NCBI GenBank assembly: GCA_051362555.1
Contig: CM120640.1
Coordinates: forward strand, 48,772,788-48,836,787
Direction of reading: 5' to 3'
Length of the DNA stretch: 64,000 nucleotides
From: Lingula anatina
Lineage: Eukaryota; Animalia; Brachiopoda
The notes under the pieces are model-generated. The model saw only the letters and a program-made list of their open reading frames with translations, was not told the DNA's origin and searched no databases. Positions within the stretch are counted from its first letter, which is position 1. Each line of letters starts with the position of its first letter. This document shows, one piece after another, positions 59,788 to 64,000 of this stretch. The position numbers and the translations under genes were made by a program.

Positions 59788-62700
59788 AATGGCCCCACAG
59801 GCTAAAATTTCGTTTAGCCTTGTATTTAGTTCTTTTGTGAAGCCCCTTGGGTGTCAGCTTTGTGGCAGTGTTTGAAAGTCATTTCAAAATTTTGATAAAA
59901 ATCATTACTGATAAAATATTCTCCATAAATTTTATAGATTATGATTGTCCTTTCTGACATTGCATTTACTTTTCTGCCAACATTGTTTGTTACTTTATCA
60001 GCTATTTAGTAATTACATGTGTTGAGCAATCAAGCAAATGGGCTTGACTGATGTACCAGTACAGCCTCTCAGATGGGAATTAAGACATTGGTCTTGTACT
60101 CCTGAGCATGCTGTCCATGGAGTGTGCCATTAAGGATATTTACACTAAATAGTACATTTCCTTTTTAGTTTATTACTGTCTAGGGTAAATACCTTAAATG
60201 GAGTTTTCATGATGTAGGATGGTCATACAGTCTTATTTTATATTTAAATGAAGTTTTAAATAATTACTGGACAAACAATTTAGTCTAATTGATCACCCTC
60301 AAGGAGACTTTATCAGGGTATATTCTCAGTCTTGTCATGCAATCTGCATGGCAGGTCACCTTGTCTCATGCCCTGGGGAGGTATACTGTAGATCCTCTAT
60401 GTCAATCCCCTGTCGATTAAGGACCCACTTCTCTGCCCTGCCAAAACTCTGTATGCTTCCTTGAAAATGAAGTCCCTGAGAGGGACACACTGCTATCTTT
60501 TGGACTAAATTGTTTTGCAAGTTTAGTTATAGTTTTAAACAGTTTATTCATGGAACAAGCACCATTTAGTCTAAAAATATAGGTTAAATTTGATACATTT
60601 CCATTTTGGATATTTATGCTGATGAGTACAACCTGTTCTATGGTATTCCTTTTCTTAAGGTTTGAAATACTAGTATCATTATTCAAGGAAAAGAGAAATA
60701 AAATAAAATGTTACCATAAGAACAACAAATATACTGATGTTTTGAAATATGAATTCACAACTCTTAGTAAACACTCATTTCTGTAGTAAAGTATGTGTTG
60801 CACAATATATTTCACATGGACATGACAGTAGTTTAAAAATACAATTTTTAAGGATATCATTGAGTGAACTGTATTTAAGCCAAACTCTTCACCACCTGTG
60901 GTAACAATCTGTCCTCTTCCATAAATGTTCTACCTCAGTTCCTACAAATAGCGTATACTTTCACTCTGACAACCAGAGGTATAAATGTAACAGTAGACAA
61001 CGTTTTGTATTGTTCTTGATAGATACTGATGTGATAGGCCATAATGATAATGACAAGAGATTTCACCAAAATTTATTTAGTACAAATCCTTAAAGAAAAT
61101 TAAAATTCTGCTTTGATGATTATCTGTATAAAAAAATTATAACGGCATATAAAAGTGGGAGGAGTTTATATGTGCTTGTCAACAGAGGGTTCATGGTCAT
61201 GCTGCAGCAATATGGTGTCTGTCAAAGCATTCTGGATAAGTACAGGGTGTATCAAAAAGTATAGCACTTGTGTTTAAGTTGTATAGAACTTTAATTGTGT
61301 GCGTATACCTTTCTTTGTGACTCAGAGTGTGAGTGATTTGTAAGTTGTAGGTAATCATGATTGCCATAATCATGTAGTTTTCTTTTCGTTTTTGTTGTTT
61401 TTCAATAAGTTCTTCAAAATATGGTTCTTGCATAATACATAGTGTTAGTCTCTTTGAACTTCTTGGAAATGTTGACATATAATATTTATGATTCTGACAG
61501 ATAGAATTTATCTCTCAAAATATTCACGATTAATATTTTTAGCCACCCAATGTGAAAAATGTGTGTGTGTGAGTGGCTGGGAGGAGAGTTCTGTTGCAAA
61601 GTCAACTTGACAGTTTTTAGAAAAGCATACATTTGCAATTCATTATATTATTAAAGGGATAACAACTGTTTGTAAGATATCTGTATTTCACAAAAAATAT
61701 ATTGTAAATAACTCATAGAAATACAATGAATTCTATTTTACCCCCAAAACAGCAGTTAACACAATTATTTTGGAATTTGTGCTTAAGGAATTATTACAAA
61801 AAACCAAACTTTTTAGAAAGATACAGGGAGTAATTTTAGATGTTGGAGTGGATTCATATATCATTGGTAAGGATGGGAAAATTGTCCTTTACTTCAAAAA
61901 AATTCATTTTTTGGCCAAAATGAACAGTTGTTATCGCTGTAATCATTATAGCATTTTTAACAAAGATGTCCATAACACAAAATAATAATAATACAATGCA
62001 TGTTTTACAGTTATATAGTAAAGAAAAAAATGAAAATGTTTTTTTCTTAGAAATTTCAGCAATTTTCTTAATATCACTAAAATCCATTGGGAAAATGATT
62101 ATCTGTAAATTTGTTTTCCAACTCTTGTATTTGGATATGGTATAGTATGGTGATGGTATAAAAGGAAATGCATTGAAATTTCTTGGAAAATATTTTTTTA
62201 GTTATATTAAGGTCTTAACCTCACTGTGAGACTTAATTGTTAGATGCCAAGTATTGCAGTTAAAAACATTCACAGATTTTTGATGACTCTGTACACAGCA
62301 CATCCACCAGGTCAAGCCATAAAAGCTACGCAGTTTCCTTGCTTAGAGCTATACAACAACACCTGTCCTGTATTGGCCTGCTTGGCTTGCATGCCTGGTG
62401 TCACAGAAAGCAGGCAATTTTTTAGGCGACTGATTGGATCCATGGGATGGGCAGCCAATATATGGTAAGTCACAAAGGGAGGAGATGAGATTTTTGTTGT
62501 CAGTTAGTTGAAGTTGTCACCATTACTCTGTGGCAGTGAGTGAGGATGGGCACCATATATGTAAGGTGAGTTAGCTATAGTCTACTGTTCGTTTGCTATA
62601 AAATAGGATGAGCATTAGCAAATTCGAAAGAAAGAATGATGGAAAATAGCAAAAGTAACAAATAATTTTCAGTTATTTCCTCCTGATTTAAAAAAAAAAT

Positions 62701-63189
62701 TGAAAACTCAATTTAGAAAAAAGAAAAAAAACATTGTACATTACACTGGTATATATTCTCAAGTTGGGGTTTTGGAGTAAATAAATTATAAAGTTTTACA
62801 ACTTTCAGAAAACTCAAACCATGTAATTCATTTTATATGCCAGTTTTTTCATGGAATTTTCACAATTTATCCAAAGCTGGTAAGATGTTGAAGAAGGATA
62901 TGATATATTGATATTGTACAGTTTTGGATTTGATAGTCCACTGAGAAAATGAAAGTTGATAAGTTACTGGGAGTTAATAAGTGAGATGGCATGTTATCAT
63001 TTTACTAGATTTTCGATGGAGAAATTGGATTTACTAAACATGTCCAGTGCATATCACTATAGATATCAGCATTTTCTTTGTTCAAAAAGTGGTTCTATGA
63101 TACTTTTTAATGTAAGTAAACTTGACATTGACACTGAACACAATGAGGATAATTTGTGTAACTAAAAGGGGCCTTAGCAATAGTAGGGT

Positions 63190-63312
63190 TCAATAGTCTG
63201 AAGGTTCATTGGTCCGAATGTTCACTAGAGAACCTTTGGACCAATGAACCCTTGATTTAAAAACCGATGAAAATGTTACCATTTTTTGGACCAATGAACC
63301 TTTAGACTATTG
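63190..63312. repeat. Small inverted-repeat element (fragment also at ~36000-36055)
   Basis: TCAATAGTCTGAAGGTTCATTGGTCC / GGACCAATGAACCTTTAGACTATTGA. Confidence 0.7.
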
Positions 63313-63499
63313 AGATGTCCTCAATAGAAAGGGACAAACATGGACAGTAAAAGATGGTCATCAGTGATCATCTCCGTTTAACTGGTTCCTGTCATGCAAT
63401 GCTCTCATCTTGAGGTAATGTCTTCTCATTTGTTTATAACATACAAGGAGATTTAAGGCTTTATAAGTCACCCCAGATAACCCTAAATGTCATGACTTA

Positions 63500-63698
63500 G
63501 GGTGTATTCCCAGACACAATCTATCCTCGTGGGGAGCCTCACTAGATTACTGTCAGATAATCTGGCTTAAATGTCCGTCCTGCCTACTACAAGCTGTAAG
63601 GGGTAATTAACTTTCGTGCCCGCTCGGCTATTTAGCGTGAACTCCCAGGGAGTTAGGTCGATCTAGTTTGGATCGATCTAATCTCTGGGAATGGGGTC
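63500..63698. mobile_element. MITE family A, copy 5
   Basis: TTA|GGGTGTATTCCCAGA..CTCTGGGAATGGGGTC|TTA and the shared core. Confidence 0.9.
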
Positions 63699-63874
63699 TT
63701 AGAATAAAATCTGCCCAGAGTATGGTCAGAAATGATGGCAGACTGGCAGTTGCTGTCCATCTAAGAAATAAAAGCCAACAGGATTCATTCAGAGACACAT
63801 ATATTTATATGTATTCTCATAAATTCTATCAAGTTAATATTGCACAACAGTACAAATCTTCATGCTTTGGATGT

Positions 63875-64000
63875 GGGCCATTCCATGGTACCGGGTATTT
63901 GGTCCGCAGACCTCAAAATTAAAAAAAAGAATCCTACTTATAAAACTTATATTTTCTGAAACCAGACACCTTAAGAGACCAGAATTCAAAAGAAATTTTA
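63875..64000. mobile_element. Second copy (inverted, cut by the window edge) of the 52661-54046 element
   Basis: GGGCCATTCCATGGTA..GTATTTGGTCCGCAGACCTCAAAATT..AATCCTACTTATAAAACTTATA is the reverse complement of ~53930-54046. Confidence 0.85.

Noticed and set aside
56535-63160. Short ORFs in the AT-rich region downstream of MRPL35
   Set aside because: No recognisable domains or phase-consistent exon chain. Treated as UTR, intergenic or intronic DNA.

Overview
AT-rich, intron-rich animal genomic DNA, probably invertebrate and possibly lophotrochozoan (organism not identifiable from the sequence). Four spliced genes were reconstructed by hand from GT-AG sites and reading phase. (1) A minus-strand PARP14-like macro-PARP (about 7 RRM, KH-like region, 3 macrodomains, WWE, ART; 23 secure exons at 11355-24930, plus a probable first coding exon at 33116-33422). 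(2) Head-to-head with it, a plus-strand Deltex/DTX3L-like E3 ligase of about 2070 aa (38834-46679) with a MacroD-type macrodomain fused directly upstream of RING-DTC. (3) SLC49A3/MFSD7 (minus strand). (4) MRPL35 (plus strand), sharing a short bidirectional promoter with SLC49A3. The PARP 5' region and promoter, with clustered IRF-, NF-kB- and CCAAT-like motifs, is duplicated about 30 kb downstream (about 3.1-9.0 kb versus 33.2-37.7 kb). The rest is decayed DIRS retroelements, an ISL2EU-like remnant, a deleted Tc1 and many MITEs. The best candidate for a novel system is an immune-inducible ADP-ribose writer paired with a single-chain macrodomain/Deltex ligase, resembling the vertebrate PARP14 and PARP9-DTX3L module.
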